A DNA stretch of 64,000 nucleotides, taken from a virus. The position numbers and the translations under genes are program-made. The first letter of the stretch is position 1, and each line of letters starts with the position of its first letter. The stretch spans positions 32,001 to 96,000 of the IMG/VR virus record IMGVR_UViG_3300042691_053984; one strand, given 5' to 3'. Below the pieces are notes generated by a model, which saw only the letters and a program-made list of their open reading frames with translations, was not told the origin of the DNA and did not search any database. Positions 18,603 through 28,359 of the stretch are shown in pieces.

Positions 18603-19765
18603 ATCACTTCTCCCAAAATGGCATCGTACATACTACAAATAGACCCAAAGTTGTGTGTTGTACTTAGTTTCTCAGACAGGCTCATTGCCCACTGCTTGGG
18701 AATTGTGGGTGATTGTCTGAATTTCAACACTTTTTTCTTGAAGTCATCTTCATTTGGGAACGCCCACTGCATTCCGGGCAAAAATATCTTGTTGTCTATT
18801 CTAGAAGAATGCACATTTTCCATTTTGTAGTCAACGGAAATAAAGCGTCCTTGGTTCAAGAAGTCAAGATGTCCTGACCAGTTGGTTGCAATGACCGGAA
18901 GACCAGCAACAGACGCTTCCAAAAGCGGTAGTCCGTATCCTTCTCCTCGAGTCGCTGACACAAGAGCGTGGATCTTTGGGTGTTTATATAACGAGATCAC
19001 TTCGTCATCATTCATGTCCCCGTGAACCAAATAAACCTTTGGATATGGACCCTTTCTGACCTCTGACAACATTGTGTTAAAAATACTTAACACAGATTGT
19101 CTGTCAATCTTTGTATTCCGACTCGTGTTTGTCTTTACAAAGATTCCTACGTCTTTATCGTCCTTAAACGTTTCACATAGCCACTTGATTGAAAAAAACG
19201 TGTTCTTTCTATCGTTGTAAGGATTGTTTCCGGTCAATTGTCCAAAGACTAAAAAATTAAAGCCTGTTGGTACATCAAACAAATTATTGTCAACGTTCTC
19301 GTGATGATCCAGCCTTTCAAGATATGACTCTGGAACGACATGTATCTGCTTATTTGTTTTGCCCGTGGACTCAAAACATTTCTTTACATGTGTCGACGGT
19401 ACAATGACAGTATCCATCTTGTTTATGTCGTTCAGCCATGCCGGATTGCACCTATCTGTCTCTACGCCTGCAGTGAGACCTACGTTATGTCGGGCGATTT
19501 GAGTGTCCCATTCGTTTGGAAGTTGCAGCTGAACAGAAACATCGGCTGTACCCCTTAGATCGGTGGTCCTTTCCATCACCTTTCCAATAAATCCATTGTC
19601 ATGGTCAGGATTTATAAACCACGGAGTATCACCCCACGGCAATAACTGAAATTTCACGTCAATGTTGGGTTTTGATAAAAGCCACTTTGCCAACTGACGA
19701 CAGTGAACACCATAACCAGACTGCGTCAACACGGGGCCACGTAAGATCACACTTTTCTTCATCAT
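18599..19765 (-). CDS. Glycosyltransferase, GT-B (GT4-like)
   Basis: SGYGVH; RGEGYGLPLLEASVAGLPVIATNWSGH; ATGA-coupled start at 19765. Confidence 0.9.
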   Translation of the reverse strand: MMKKSVILRGPVLTQSGYGVHCRQLAKWLLSKPNIDVKFQLLPWGDTPWFINPDHDNGFIGKVMERTTDLRGTADVSVQLQLPNEWDTQIARHNVGLTAGVETDRCNPAWLNDINKMDTVIVPSTHVKKCFESTGKTNKQIHVVPESYLERLDHHENVDNNLFDVPTGFNFLVFGQLTGNNPYNDRKNTFFSIKWLCETFKDDKDVGIFVKTNTSRNTKIDRQSVLSIFNTMLSEVRKGPYPKVYLVHGDMNDDEVISLYKHPKIHALVSATRGEGYGLPLLEASVAGLPVIATNWSGHLDFLNQGRFISVDYKMENVHSSRIDNKIFLPGMQWAFPNEDDFKKKVLKFRQSPTIPKQWAMSLSEKLSTTHNFGSICSMYDAILGEVI

Positions 19766-21009
19766 ATCTCGGTTATCTCCCAACGCTTGTATGTCTGCTT
19801 CCACGTATCGATGCAGTTGGTCAAGGTTTCATCCCACCTTTTGATCATGTCGTTCATACCGTAATTTTTACGTGCGTGCTCCATTGCCTTCAGCCCGAGT
19901 TGCTCTCTATCTTCAGGACCTAATTCGTACATCTTCATGAAAGCATTTGCGACTGATTTGTGAGACACAAAGTCTTCATAAATGTATGGAACACTTTGGC
20001 TACCGGCTAAAGACCTCACTTCCGGCTCAAGGGCTACTCCGTATTCAAATCCGGTTTCGTGATCTTCCACCTGTCGCGTCAAACCACCTGTTTTAATTGC
20101 AATCACGGGAGTTCCACACATCTTTGCCTCAAGAACCCCAAGTCCAAATCCTTCGTTGCACGACCTATTGACAAGCACGTCAGATATGTTGTAAAGAGAT
20201 GACATTTCCTCAAACTCTATCCTTTCTTTCGAGAAGAGGACGTGTTTCTGTAGACCAAACAAGTTGACAACCTCGTGAAGATTTGGACCTTCATTATCAA
20301 AAGGTTCTGTATGCATGATCATGGTGGCATTCCTATGCCCATGTTTTGCCTCAAGTTCATCTAGGAAAATCTTCCACGAATTTATAATGTCACTCGCAAG
20401 TTTTCTTCTTGCATTTCTGCTCACGTACAGGCCGATGAAGTGATCCTTCTTTTCCTTCCCGAGGAGTTTGATTTTGAATTTTTCTTTTTCATCCCTGGGA
20501 AGAGGCTTGAATATCCATTCAGGAACTGAATGAGGTATGTAGTTGGTCTTGTCTGGAAATCTTTTGTGAACCATTTCATACGTCGGCCAGTTGATACAAT
20601 TGATCAGATCTGTACTTTCGTATAATACCCTGTTGAACTCCGGCCACGGAGGATTGTCCCAGAGGTGATTGTAAGTTATCGGGCAGATTTGGTGGATCTC
20701 ATCTTCCATCTGCCACACCCAAATAAAGAAACGTGGATCGGTGAACAATAACATTGCATCAGGTTTGATCTGTGCAAGCGCTTGCCTCAGCAGATTTCTG
20801 TCTCCGAAAGCATTTGTGGGCTTAATGATAAAATCGGGATTTACAACTTGTTCATCGTAGTTTGAATGCTTTATTGCACCACCAAAAACATAGAACTTGT
20901 ACTTGCCCGTAGAAATCAATCCGTTGATCAGCCATCTAGCCTGAGTTCCCACACCGCTAGCCGCCAAAGGATGATCACAAAGCATTAAAATTGTTTTCTT
21001 TTTTTCCAT
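19762..21009 (-). CDS. Glycosyltransferase, GT-B (GT4-like)
   Basis: SGVGTQAR; SRNARRK; NEGFGLGVLEAKMCGTPVIA. Confidence 0.9.
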   Translation of the reverse strand: MEKKKTILMLCDHPLAASGVGTQARWLINGLISTGKYKFYVFGGAIKHSNYDEQVVNPDFIIKPTNAFGDRNLLRQALAQIKPDAMLLFTDPRFFIWVWQMEDEIHQICPITYNHLWDNPPWPEFNRVLYESTDLINCINWPTYEMVHKRFPDKTNYIPHSVPEWIFKPLPRDEKEKFKIKLLGKEKKDHFIGLYVSRNARRKLASDIINSWKIFLDELEAKHGHRNATMIMHTEPFDNEGPNLHEVVNLFGLQKHVLFSKERIEFEEMSSLYNISDVLVNRSCNEGFGLGVLEAKMCGTPVIAIKTGGLTRQVEDHETGFEYGVALEPEVRSLAGSQSVPYIYEDFVSHKSVANAFMKMYELGPEDREQLGLKAMEHARKNYGMNDMIKRWDETLTNCIDTWKQTYKRWEITEI

Positions 21010-21028
21010 AAAAACCTATTTAGCAAAA

Positions 21029-21835
21029 TTATACGCAATGCTGTGTATTTTTATACTGACAATATGTGCAAGAGTCCCTGTTTTTTAGGGCAATTCCCTT
21101 TCTAACGGAAGAGATCATGCTATTAAGGGCCTTTAATGCACGTCCAGACGTTACGTCTCCAACGGAGACTTTGACCAATTCACAATGCGAGCCTCTCTTT
21201 GCGGATCTTTTAAGCAAGACAAATCCACACCTTACGTGTCGTGGGTCTATGTTTGTCTTGCCTGACCAAAAGTTTTTATAGAATATGAGTTGTTGCTGGA
21301 TTTTATGATCAGACTTTTTATCAGCCGTCCAACCCCACGCTGTGGTCTTCCAGTCTAATAACCAATATTGGTCTTCCCCTCTTTTCCCCTTTGTCTTGAT
21401 GATTCCATCAATAAATCCCTTGAATGCGTGATTCGGATGTTTTTCAATCGCCTCGTACAGGGCATGCTCTGCATCTACTGTTTCCCACGAAGGAAAATTA
21501 TCTTCAAGAAATTGTGGAATGTCAGCCAAAATGTCAATTGCCTCTCGCTTAAAAGAGTCAAGTAATTCAGTCTTGTATTCTGCAATTTCTTTGTTTTTTT
21601 CAAAAGACTCGATCAACAAATTGACCGCAACATCTGTGTTCATCACACGTGTTTTTAAAAAATCTTCGCATGAAGCGTGTACCGCGGTGCCAAAGTCCAA
21701 GATAGGTGAAGGAACAAAAAGGTCAATCTTATCGATGTGCCTCAGTTTGTGACGATAGGAACAGTCTTGCCACTCCTTCAATTCACTGAAACTTACGTGA
21801 GGTTTTCCTGTGGGAAGATTTTCAAAAGCGCTCAT
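21029..21835 (-). CDS. PD-(D/E)XK nuclease, AddB/RecB-like with probable Fe-S staple
   Basis: VSFSEL...C; FGTAVH; FKGFIDG...LLDWKT; QL.FY; C-terminal CTYCQYKNTQHC plus N-terminal Cys. Confidence 0.88.
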   Translation of the reverse strand: MSAFENLPTGKPHVSFSELKEWQDCSYRHKLRHIDKIDLFVPSPILDFGTAVHASCEDFLKTRVMNTDVAVNLLIESFEKNKEIAEYKTELLDSFKREAIDILADIPQFLEDNFPSWETVDAEHALYEAIEKHPNHAFKGFIDGIIKTKGKRGEDQYWLLDWKTTAWGWTADKKSDHKIQQQLIFYKNFWSGKTNIDPRHVRCGFVLLKRSAKRGSHCELVKVSVGDVTSGRALKALNSMISSVRKGIALKNRDSCTYCQYKNTQHCV

Positions 21836-21886
21836 TGTCAAAATTTAAACAAAAATAAAAAAAAGTTCAATCTAGTTAGATTGAAC
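21835..21886 (-). promoter_or_regulatory. Putative sigma-70-like promoter (TTGAAC-N17-TAAATT, leaderless) overlapped by a 10-bp inverted repeat
   Basis: GTTCAATCTA-gt-TAGATTGAAC at 21865-21886; -10 at 21847-21842 lies 6 nt before ATG 21835. The hairpin is followed by a U-tract on the minus strand, so it may also terminate the upstream operon. Confidence 0.5.
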
Positions 21887-21908
21887 CTTTAAGTTTAGTT
21901 GAAGTTAT

Positions 21909-22196
21909 TCAGCTTCTTTTTGAGACAGCACGCCCTAATTGTCTCTCCCAATCTTTGTCTTTTCTGACCTCCTTGTTCTTTTCCCAAGCGGCCTGCAGAA
22001 CGACTGGATTTACGTCTAAATTCTTAGAAAGCTTAATTAAAGCGTTGATATCTTTTGGAAAACAATTGTGGACAACAATGTTATTGCACACCCAAAACAA
22101 ATCATCATTTTTCTCATCAAGGGATGAAAGTTCTAAATTGTGAACTGTTCCGGTGTACGACAATCTTTCAATTTTTTCGATTTTTGCAGTTTTCAT
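21909..22196 (-). CDS. C-half of fractured UDP-glucose dehydrogenase: split-intein IntC (44 aa) + C-extein (51 aa)
   Basis: VHNLEL (block F) ... NNIVVHN|CFPKDINAL: intein HN terminus followed by the dehydrogenase catalytic Cys motif. Confidence 0.92.
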   Translation of the reverse strand: MKTAKIEKIERLSYTGTVHNLELSSLDEKNDDLFWVCNNIVVHNCFPKDINALIKLSKNLDVNPVVLQAAWEKNKEVRKDKDWERQLGRAVSKRS

Positions 22197-22900
22197 AAAA
22201 TGTTTTTTTCCTTGAGTTCATCATCAAAAACAAGTCTTATCTTCAACTCAGGATTAGACTTTTTTATATTTTCCCATTTTTTTTCATTTAAACTAAAGTG
22301 ATATTTATTTTTGATATCAATATATTCATCGGAATCAGGAAGGTAAAAATCTGGATAGTATGATTTCTCTGAACCGTTTTCATCCTTATACTTGATTCTT
22401 CCTTTGTGGGCTACAAAATTTACTCCTTCATTTTGTAGCCATCTTGCGTATGCAAGTTCCCATGTTCCCTGTAGCTTACAAATGGAGCCGTCAGATTTTT
22501 CAAAGTCAAACCATTTACACTTTCCTACTTTGACGCCATCAAACTTTCCTTCAGCCCAAGCCTTTTTTACAAGTTCACGTGTCATGTTTTTAAAATTTTC
22601 ATCTGACTTGAACCTTTCAGATCTTTTCTTCCCTGCTTTGACTGCAATCTCGGGATTTTTCATCGGATTTTTTTCACCTGAAATATATCCTTTTTCAAGG
22701 TGAGTCTTTGAAACCTTTTTTGCCCACTCAGGATGAGTTTCTTTTGTTCGATAAGTTTTTCCAAACGATGGATTTTTTTCTCCGGTTTGGAATAGGCTCA
22801 CACATTTTGTAGAACAAAATTTTCTTTTTCTTTCTTTGTAAGAAACTGTGAACAAAACTTGGCAGTTTTTACAACTTATGTCAATTTTTTTCATACCCAT
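22193..22900 (-). mobile_element. Free-standing homing-endonuclease-like gene (Zn finger + NUMOD3-like + PD-(D/E)XK) between split-intein halves
   Basis: CKNC...FCSTKC; GEKNPSFGK and GEKNPM; QGTWELAYARWL...YYPDFYLP...YIDIK. Confidence 0.8.
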
Positions 22901-22922
22901 AGGTATTGGCGGTCATTGCTTT

Positions 22923-23975
22923 TCATATGGTAAAAAGTTCATCTGTTTCTAAAATTTCAGATGCTTGAATGAGCAAAATTTGATTGTTTCTCTTGATTGG
23001 TAGGATATGACACGGTGTACAGGTTACTGACGTTTCAGTACCGTTGACAATGACTGTGAATTTGATCACTTCACCATGATAAGCACGAGCATGAATTTCT
23101 TCAACTCGCTTAGTGTTCGTTTCATTTAAAGTGTGATTTGAACTAATGACTGAATCATATGGTTTGATATCTTGAACTAAGACGCTGCCTTTTTCGGTTA
23201 GCACGGCGGTGTCACCGACAATACAATGCCCGCCGTACCCACGATCCCCATCGGGACCGGGAACTGACCAATGAGAATTTCCCAATCTTACATCATACTT
23301 TGCGTATTCAACGACTTTATCGTAGTCAATGTTTAGACCGTCCTTATCCAAAGCCTCACAAATTTGCGACATCTCGTTCGCAAATGAGACCTTTGTGGCT
23401 AAGAAACAATTAGTCACGTACTTCACCATTTCCGCAGTAGTTGAAGACGTTTTGATGAGCGGAACCTTGGGAAATGCTGTTTGAAACACTTGCTTTACCC
23501 TGTTGATCCAGGGCCGAGGTCCACCGAGGATTATTCGATTCTGGTTTCTCATGTCATCGAGGGCGTTTGCCTCTGTGAGGAACTCAGGATTGAAGACAAC
23601 CTTGAGACCGGTTCCTTCAAACTTTTTGTTCCAACTCTCTGTGGAACCGGGTGGTACTGTTGACTTTACTACCGCGATTCGTTCTCCGGGGATATCTGCC
23701 AGCTCCTGAAGCACACCACCCACGATGGACAGGTCGGCCTCTCCGTCCTCATACATGGGAGTGGGTAAACACACAAAGTAAACCCCTGAGAAATTATCTT
23801 GTGCCTCACAAGAGGCCACAAGATCACCCGTAGATGCTGCATTTCCAAGGCTGCCTTCGGCACACTTTCCCGCCTTGTCATATGTGTGAACCTTGAAACC
23901 TCTTTCCGAGAAAACAGTGGTGATTGAACCACCTACGAAACCTTGACCGATCACAGCGATAGAATTTTGAGACAT
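22923..23975 (-). CDS. ugd: N-half of fractured UDP-glucose/GDP-mannose dehydrogenase: N-extein (250 aa) + split-intein IntN (100 aa)
   Basis: IGQGFVGG, CLPTP, KSTVPPG, NPEFL, EMVKYVTNCFLATKVSFANE, PGPDG..GYGGH|CIVGDT..LT (block A), TCTPCH (block B); TGA at 22923. Confidence 0.92.
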   Translation of the reverse strand: MSQNSIAVIGQGFVGGSITTVFSERGFKVHTYDKAGKCAEGSLGNAASTGDLVASCEAQDNFSGVYFVCLPTPMYEDGEADLSIVGGVLQELADIPGERIAVVKSTVPPGSTESWNKKFEGTGLKVVFNPEFLTEANALDDMRNQNRIILGGPRPWINRVKQVFQTAFPKVPLIKTSSTTAEMVKYVTNCFLATKVSFANEMSQICEALDKDGLNIDYDKVVEYAKYDVRLGNSHWSVPGPDGDRGYGGHCIVGDTAVLTEKGSVLVQDIKPYDSVISSNHTLNETNTKRVEEIHARAYHGEVIKFTVIVNGTETSVTCTPCHILPIKRNNQILLIQASEILETDELFTI

Positions 23976-24005
23976 CACGACCACTCCTGATTTGTTAATC
24001 AACGT

Positions 24006-24034
24006 AATTTAAGACATTTAAATGTTCATGTGAA
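24006..24034 (-). promoter_or_regulatory. Putative sigma-70-like promoter upstream of split ugd
   Basis: TTCACA (24034-24029)-N17-TAAATT (24011-24006); AGGAG ribosome-binding site near 23985. Confidence 0.45.
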
Positions 24035-24976
24035 TCACGTTAATTCTACCCAGTCCAAAACCGTCGCCGTCTCCGGTCTGATTGGGTTCTTTAGCCAATT
24101 GCCGTTCTGATCGATTGGATTGTTGAAACCGATTGGTCTTGCGACTGCCTCAATTGAATTCGGGTAATTCAAATCATGGTCGCCTTCATTTATGTATTCG
24201 TAGTACTTCCACCCGGTTTCATCCTTTGCGGGCCAATATGCACCATAACGCTTGTTTCCTCTCACTCTGCCTTGCGTGCCTCTTATATCGGTGTATATTG
24301 CAACGGCCTGAGGAACGGCTGAAAGAGTGGCAACGTAATCTTTCATCTTACCCTCTGACATCAACTTCTTGACCTTGAATCGCATTTCATTCTCGGAATC
24401 CATTCCGCCTTCGTGATTTACGTTCTTTTCATGCCACGGTGCTATCTGTTCAATGACAGCTCTGCTGTAGATTGCATCTGCTGACGGACAGATCTTGTCG
24501 CGTGTCAGGTCGGCAAAAAACCTGTTCTTACCTGAGGCAGGTTGTCTTTCAGGTGAAAATTGCCTGATGTCATGGGATCTATGAGTGACCTGTCGTTGTG
24601 CGTCTAACGTGTAAGATCCCACGATGTCAACGTTCATTTCCAAAAATGACATCACGTCTTGCAACCAACCGTTCAAGACAAATTGCATGTCCCCCTGCAA
24701 CATGCAAATATAGTCCCCAGATGCCATCGAGACTATCTTATTTAATCCGATTGCAAACTCATTGGCGTAATTTCTCGTGCCTTGTCTGATCACCTTTACA
24801 CCTCTCTCTTCGAGGCTCAGAAGGTAATCTGACGTTCCATGCTCGATAGATGCATTATCGATGACGATCAATTCCTTGTTTTCGTAATCTTTGGTGGTGT
24901 CTATCAGCGACTCAAGGCAACTTTTAAGATAATAAAGCCTGTTGCAATTGACGATTCCAAAGGTGATCTTTTTCAA
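24035..24976 (-). CDS. Glycosyltransferase family 2
   Basis: ITFGIVNCNRL.YLKSCLESL; LIVIDNAS; likely TTG start overlapping the upstream TGA. Confidence 0.85.
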   Translation of the reverse strand: MKKITFGIVNCNRLYYLKSCLESLIDTTKDYENKELIVIDNASIEHGTSDYLLSLEERGVKVIRQGTRNYANEFAIGLNKIVSMASGDYICMLQGDMQFVLNGWLQDVMSFLEMNVDIVGSYTLDAQRQVTHRSHDIRQFSPERQPASGKNRFFADLTRDKICPSADAIYSRAVIEQIAPWHEKNVNHEGGMDSENEMRFKVKKLMSEGKMKDYVATLSAVPQAVAIYTDIRGTQGRVRGNKRYGAYWPAKDETGWKYYEYINEGDHDLNYPNSIEAVARPIGFNNPIDQNGNWLKNPIRPETATVLDWVELT

Positions 24977-26013
24977 TTTGTCCTCACTGAGTCGATTATT
25001 TCTGCAACGATTGTCGGGAGTGTCTTTGTGATATTCCAACTAGGATAGTGGGATCGAAACTTGGACATGTCACTTATGTAACATATGTGATCTCCGATAC
25101 GCGCTTTGTCCGACACATTAAAGTCTAGTTTATGACCCAAGCTACTCAGGATGCCTATTGTTTCGAGTATCGATGCGTTATTCTGCACTCCGCCGCCGAT
25201 GTTGTAGACTTCGCCCGGGCGTGGGTTTTTCATAAACTCATGGAATGCCGTGCAAACGTCGTATGAATGTATCTGGTCTCTGACCTGCTTTCCTTTGTGT
25301 CCATAAATTGTGTATGGGGTGCCTTTTACTGCACACTTTACGATGTACGACAAGAATCCATGTAATTCAACACCTGCATGCTGTGGGCCTGTGAGGCAGC
25401 CTCCTCTGAACACGCCTACGGGCATACCAAAGTATCGTGCATACTCCTGTGCCAGAAGATCAGCAGATGTCTTTGACACCCCAAATAGAGAGTGTGTCGT
25501 CTGGTCTATTGACATCGATTCGTTGATACCATTGCAATACTTTTCGTCTGCGTAATCGAATCTTGATTCTTTTTCGATCAAGTTCAAACGATTCGGAGTA
25601 TCACCATACACTTTATTGGTGCTGACGTGTACAAACGGAGATTCCGGAGTTGTTAGCCTAGCTGACTCTAGTACGTTTAGGGTACCCACTGCATTCGTGG
25701 CAAAGTCATCATGTGGAATTTTGGCCGCAAGATCGTGTGACGGTTGTGCAGCTGCGTGGACGATGTAGTCCGGCTTATGAATTCCAAATATCTCGAGGAT
25801 TTTTTTGAAATCCCTGATGTCTGAGTCTTCGTGAGTGTAATGAGGGGTTTTGCACAGCTCACTCGTCACAGATGACGTATCGCCGCCAATACCAAAAAAT
25901 GTTTTTCTCATGTTGTTGTCTATACCGACAACACGATGTCCTGCCGCAAGAAAGAATCTTGCGACTTCAGATCCAATCAAACCTGATGCGCCTGTGATTA
26001 AGATTGTTTTCAT
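24973..26013 (-). CDS. NAD-dependent epimerase, CDP-paratose 2-epimerase (tyvelose synthase)-like
   Basis: ITGASGLIG; HAAAQPSHD; STNKVYGD; FRGGCLTGP.H.GVELHGFLSY. Confidence 0.8.
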   Translation of the reverse strand: MKTILITGASGLIGSEVARFFLAAGHRVVGIDNNMRKTFFGIGGDTSSVTSELCKTPHYTHEDSDIRDFKKILEIFGIHKPDYIVHAAAQPSHDLAAKIPHDDFATNAVGTLNVLESARLTTPESPFVHVSTNKVYGDTPNRLNLIEKESRFDYADEKYCNGINESMSIDQTTHSLFGVSKTSADLLAQEYARYFGMPVGVFRGGCLTGPQHAGVELHGFLSYIVKCAVKGTPYTIYGHKGKQVRDQIHSYDVCTAFHEFMKNPRPGEVYNIGGGVQNNASILETIGILSSLGHKLDFNVSDKARIGDHICYISDMSKFRSHYPSWNITKTLPTIVAEIIDSVRTN

Positions 26014-26022
26014 ATCTTTGGT

Positions 26023-26679
26023 TTAAATCTTTGTCAGGTACGATGTGATGCTGGCGTTAAACGGCCTTTTTGGATTATTAGAAATAATTTTTTTGCTCCA
26101 GATTATTTCTACTTTGTCTACTGAACTCTTTATGTCTTCAAAAGAGGTCGCAGAGATGTACGAGCTCTGAAAACGCTCTTTTTGCAGCAAAGAAATAAAT
26201 AAATCATACGTTGTTGGTTGGTTCTCTACGTTATACTCCGGGTAGAATTCCTTGATACTCGTGTGCATATCTTCCATGATGAAGATTCCGCCTTTTTTTA
26301 GGTTTGGCCACAAAACCTCAAGCGCATTTTGCTGCTGTCTCATTGTGTGACCGCCGTCATCTATGATCACGTCAAATTCTCCCAATTTTTCTGCAAAAGA
26401 TTTCAAGGATTCTTTGCTATCACAGTCAACAATGTGCATGGTGACGTTGTTTAGATCTGACAAGTTGATCTCATTTATGTCAACGCAATGTATCTCAGCG
26501 TTTGGAAAATATTCCCTCCACATCCTGATGCTTGCACCCTTGAAGACCCCGATTTCAAGAATTTTAATGTGAGAGTCTCTTAGGTGAGATAAAATTTTTT
26601 CATAATGTGGAAGATAGAAATGTGTGACTTTGTCAGTTTCAAACTTTTTACCAATACTCAGCAGATCATTGTTTGACAT
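26023..26679 (-). CDS. Class I SAM-dependent methyltransferase (sugar O-methyltransferase-like)
   Basis: TDK...Y..HY; ILEIGV..GAS; FDVIIDDGGH; LKKGGIFIMED. Confidence 0.88.
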   Translation of the reverse strand: MSNNDLLSIGKKFETDKVTHFYLPHYEKILSHLRDSHIKILEIGVFKGASIRMWREYFPNAEIHCVDINEINLSDLNNVTMHIVDCDSKESLKSFAEKLGEFDVIIDDGGHTMRQQQNALEVLWPNLKKGGIFIMEDMHTSIKEFYPEYNVENQPTTYDLFISLLQKERFQSSYISATSFEDIKSSVDKVEIIWSKKIISNNPKRPFNASITSYLTKI

Positions 26680-26704
26680 AAGCTTTCCTTTAGTTGCCGT
26701 AGGA

Positions 26705-27388
26705 TTATAATCCGCACATTTTATGTGTTTCATCCATGTCTAGTAAACACACCCAAAGTTCAGGCAAATACCTCCAGTTATCAGAAGACGGGGACGATGG
26801 GTTCTTGTTTTTTCTAAAATCCACTAAAAATCCATGCGTTTTCATGAGATTTTCTTTACTAGGATACGGTAGGTTCTTTACGTGTGAAGCTGTCGTCCAC
26901 CAAAAATTTCCTGAATAGTTTCTTGCTACTTTATTTTTAACCTTATATGCTTCGGAGAATCTTGTTCCCACCGAATTGTGATGTGCCAACTTTTGCCGGC
27001 AAGTTTCGTGACTGTGCACCACACAATTAAGCATCGATTGTGTCCATTCACATTTCTTGTTGATCAGTGAAGGTTTTGAGGCATTTTTAAGGTGCATGTA
27101 AAGTATTTGATCGTCATCATTCATTTCACTTGCGTCACTTGCCATTTTTTCCAACGTGGGAAATTCATAAGAATACCTGTCGTTAACGTGATTAACGTGA
27201 AAAACTTTTTCGTAAGTAGAAAAATCAGTTTTTAAATCAGTCTTGTTTCCAACTGTTACAACTCGTATTTCTTGCAGGTCTTCTAGCAATTTTGCTTCGA
27301 CGATTTGCCTGTAAATATTTTGAAAAATTTCGTGTGAAAACTTTCCGCTATCGGAAGAAACGAGGTAGTGCATGTAGCAATAATTCAT
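26705..27388 (-). CDS. Putative glycosyltransferase-like protein of uncharacterised family
   Basis: YEFPTL; ILYMHLK; YSGNFWW; ELWV motifs; located inside the glycan cluster; ATGA-coupled start. Confidence 0.55.
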   Translation of the reverse strand: MNYCYMHYLVSSDSGKFSHEIFQNIYRQIVEAKLLEDLQEIRVVTVGNKTDLKTDFSTYEKVFHVNHVNDRYSYEFPTLEKMASDASEMNDDDQILYMHLKNASKPSLINKKCEWTQSMLNCVVHSHETCRQKLAHHNSVGTRFSEAYKVKNKVARNYSGNFWWTTASHVKNLPYPSKENLMKTHGFLVDFRKNKNPSSPSSDNWRYLPELWVCLLDMDETHKMCGL

Positions 27389-28359
27389 AAAATAAATAAT
27401 GCTTGACTCGTCATAGACGACACCTTTGTGTCTATTATGTTTATTGCCCGCTGGATCATGAAATCCATGGTTAGTTCTTGTTGAATTTCTGATACGTTTT
27501 TTTCTAATTCTTTCCATCTATCGTCGAGAAGCAGTTCATCAATCTTTCTTTCCATAGAAAGGAAGTCAAGATCGTATCCCATCGATGAATAGTGAATATT
27601 TTCTTGGCATGTCCATGGCGTGATTTGCTGTTTTAACGCCAAGACACACTTTTCAAGTACCATATATTCATAAAATTTTCTTGAAGAAAGGCCGATTCCA
27701 GGTAGATCTATACAAATCTTGCTTCTACTGATATAGTCATAAAATTCATGTGGTTGCAATATTTGATCAAAAATCTGAACGTTTAGATCTTTTCTTCTGC
27801 TTTTTATGTCATTAAGCACTTGATAGCCCCTGTTTGATGCACCGGGCCACCATCTTTTTGGGTCACGATTTTTAGGCCACGCATGTGGCTTTAATTTAGC
27901 AAACTTCGATCCTCCAGCAAAAAATACATCAATATCTTTGTCAGATTGTGACAACTTCTTCTTTGTACTTTGAATTGTGCGCGGGTCATTGCTAAAAATT
28001 CCTAATGCATGAACGTCTGATTTGAAAGGGTAGAATTGATTGTATTCTGGGTCTGTGTTTACTTGGGATTTCAGTACCAGCACGTCTTGCGGTTTATACG
28101 ATTCAAGGACGTTGTTGTAGGCAGACCAAATGATTTTGCAATCTGCGGTCGTGCCCCCACTCCCGTCATCGGCGTCTATCAGTACCAGTAACCTTTTTTC
28201 GTTTTTTTCGTAAATAAAGGCACCAAAATTTTTTCCTAAATTTTCAGTTGAAAGCCGGTGATCAAGTTTTGAATGGCCTGTCAATATTCTTTTATGCAGC
28301 TCTGATTGAAAATTTAAGATGTGATCTCGTGTATTAATTCCAAAGTGAGTGATCATCAA
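27385..28359 (-). CDS. Glycosyltransferase-like protein (GT-B C-terminal half)
   Basis: DIDVFFAG; YISRSKICIDLPGIG.SSRKFYEYM. Confidence 0.7.
   Translation of the reverse strand: MMITHFGINTRDHILNFQSELHKRILTGHSKLDHRLSTENLGKNFGAFIYEKNEKRLLVLIDADDGSGGTTADCKIIWSAYNNVLESYKPQDVLVLKSQVNTDPEYNQFYPFKSDVHALGIFSNDPRTIQSTKKKLSQSDKDIDVFFAGGSKFAKLKPHAWPKNRDPKRWWPGASNRGYQVLNDIKSRRKDLNVQIFDQILQPHEFYDYISRSKICIDLPGIGLSSRKFYEYMVLEKCVLALKQQITPWTCQENIHYSSMGYDLDFLSMERKIDELLLDDRWKELEKNVSEIQQELTMDFMIQRAINIIDTKVSSMTSQALFIL

Noticed and set aside
21029-21835. Cas4 call for the four-Cys nuclease
   Set aside because: No cas1/cas2 or array nearby; stand-alone AddB/RecB-like nucleases are common in large phages.
21909-24002. 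ugd as a pseudogene or frameshifted gene
   Set aside because: Both breakpoints fall at intein boundaries, all splicing residues are intact, and IntC has its own coupled ATG.
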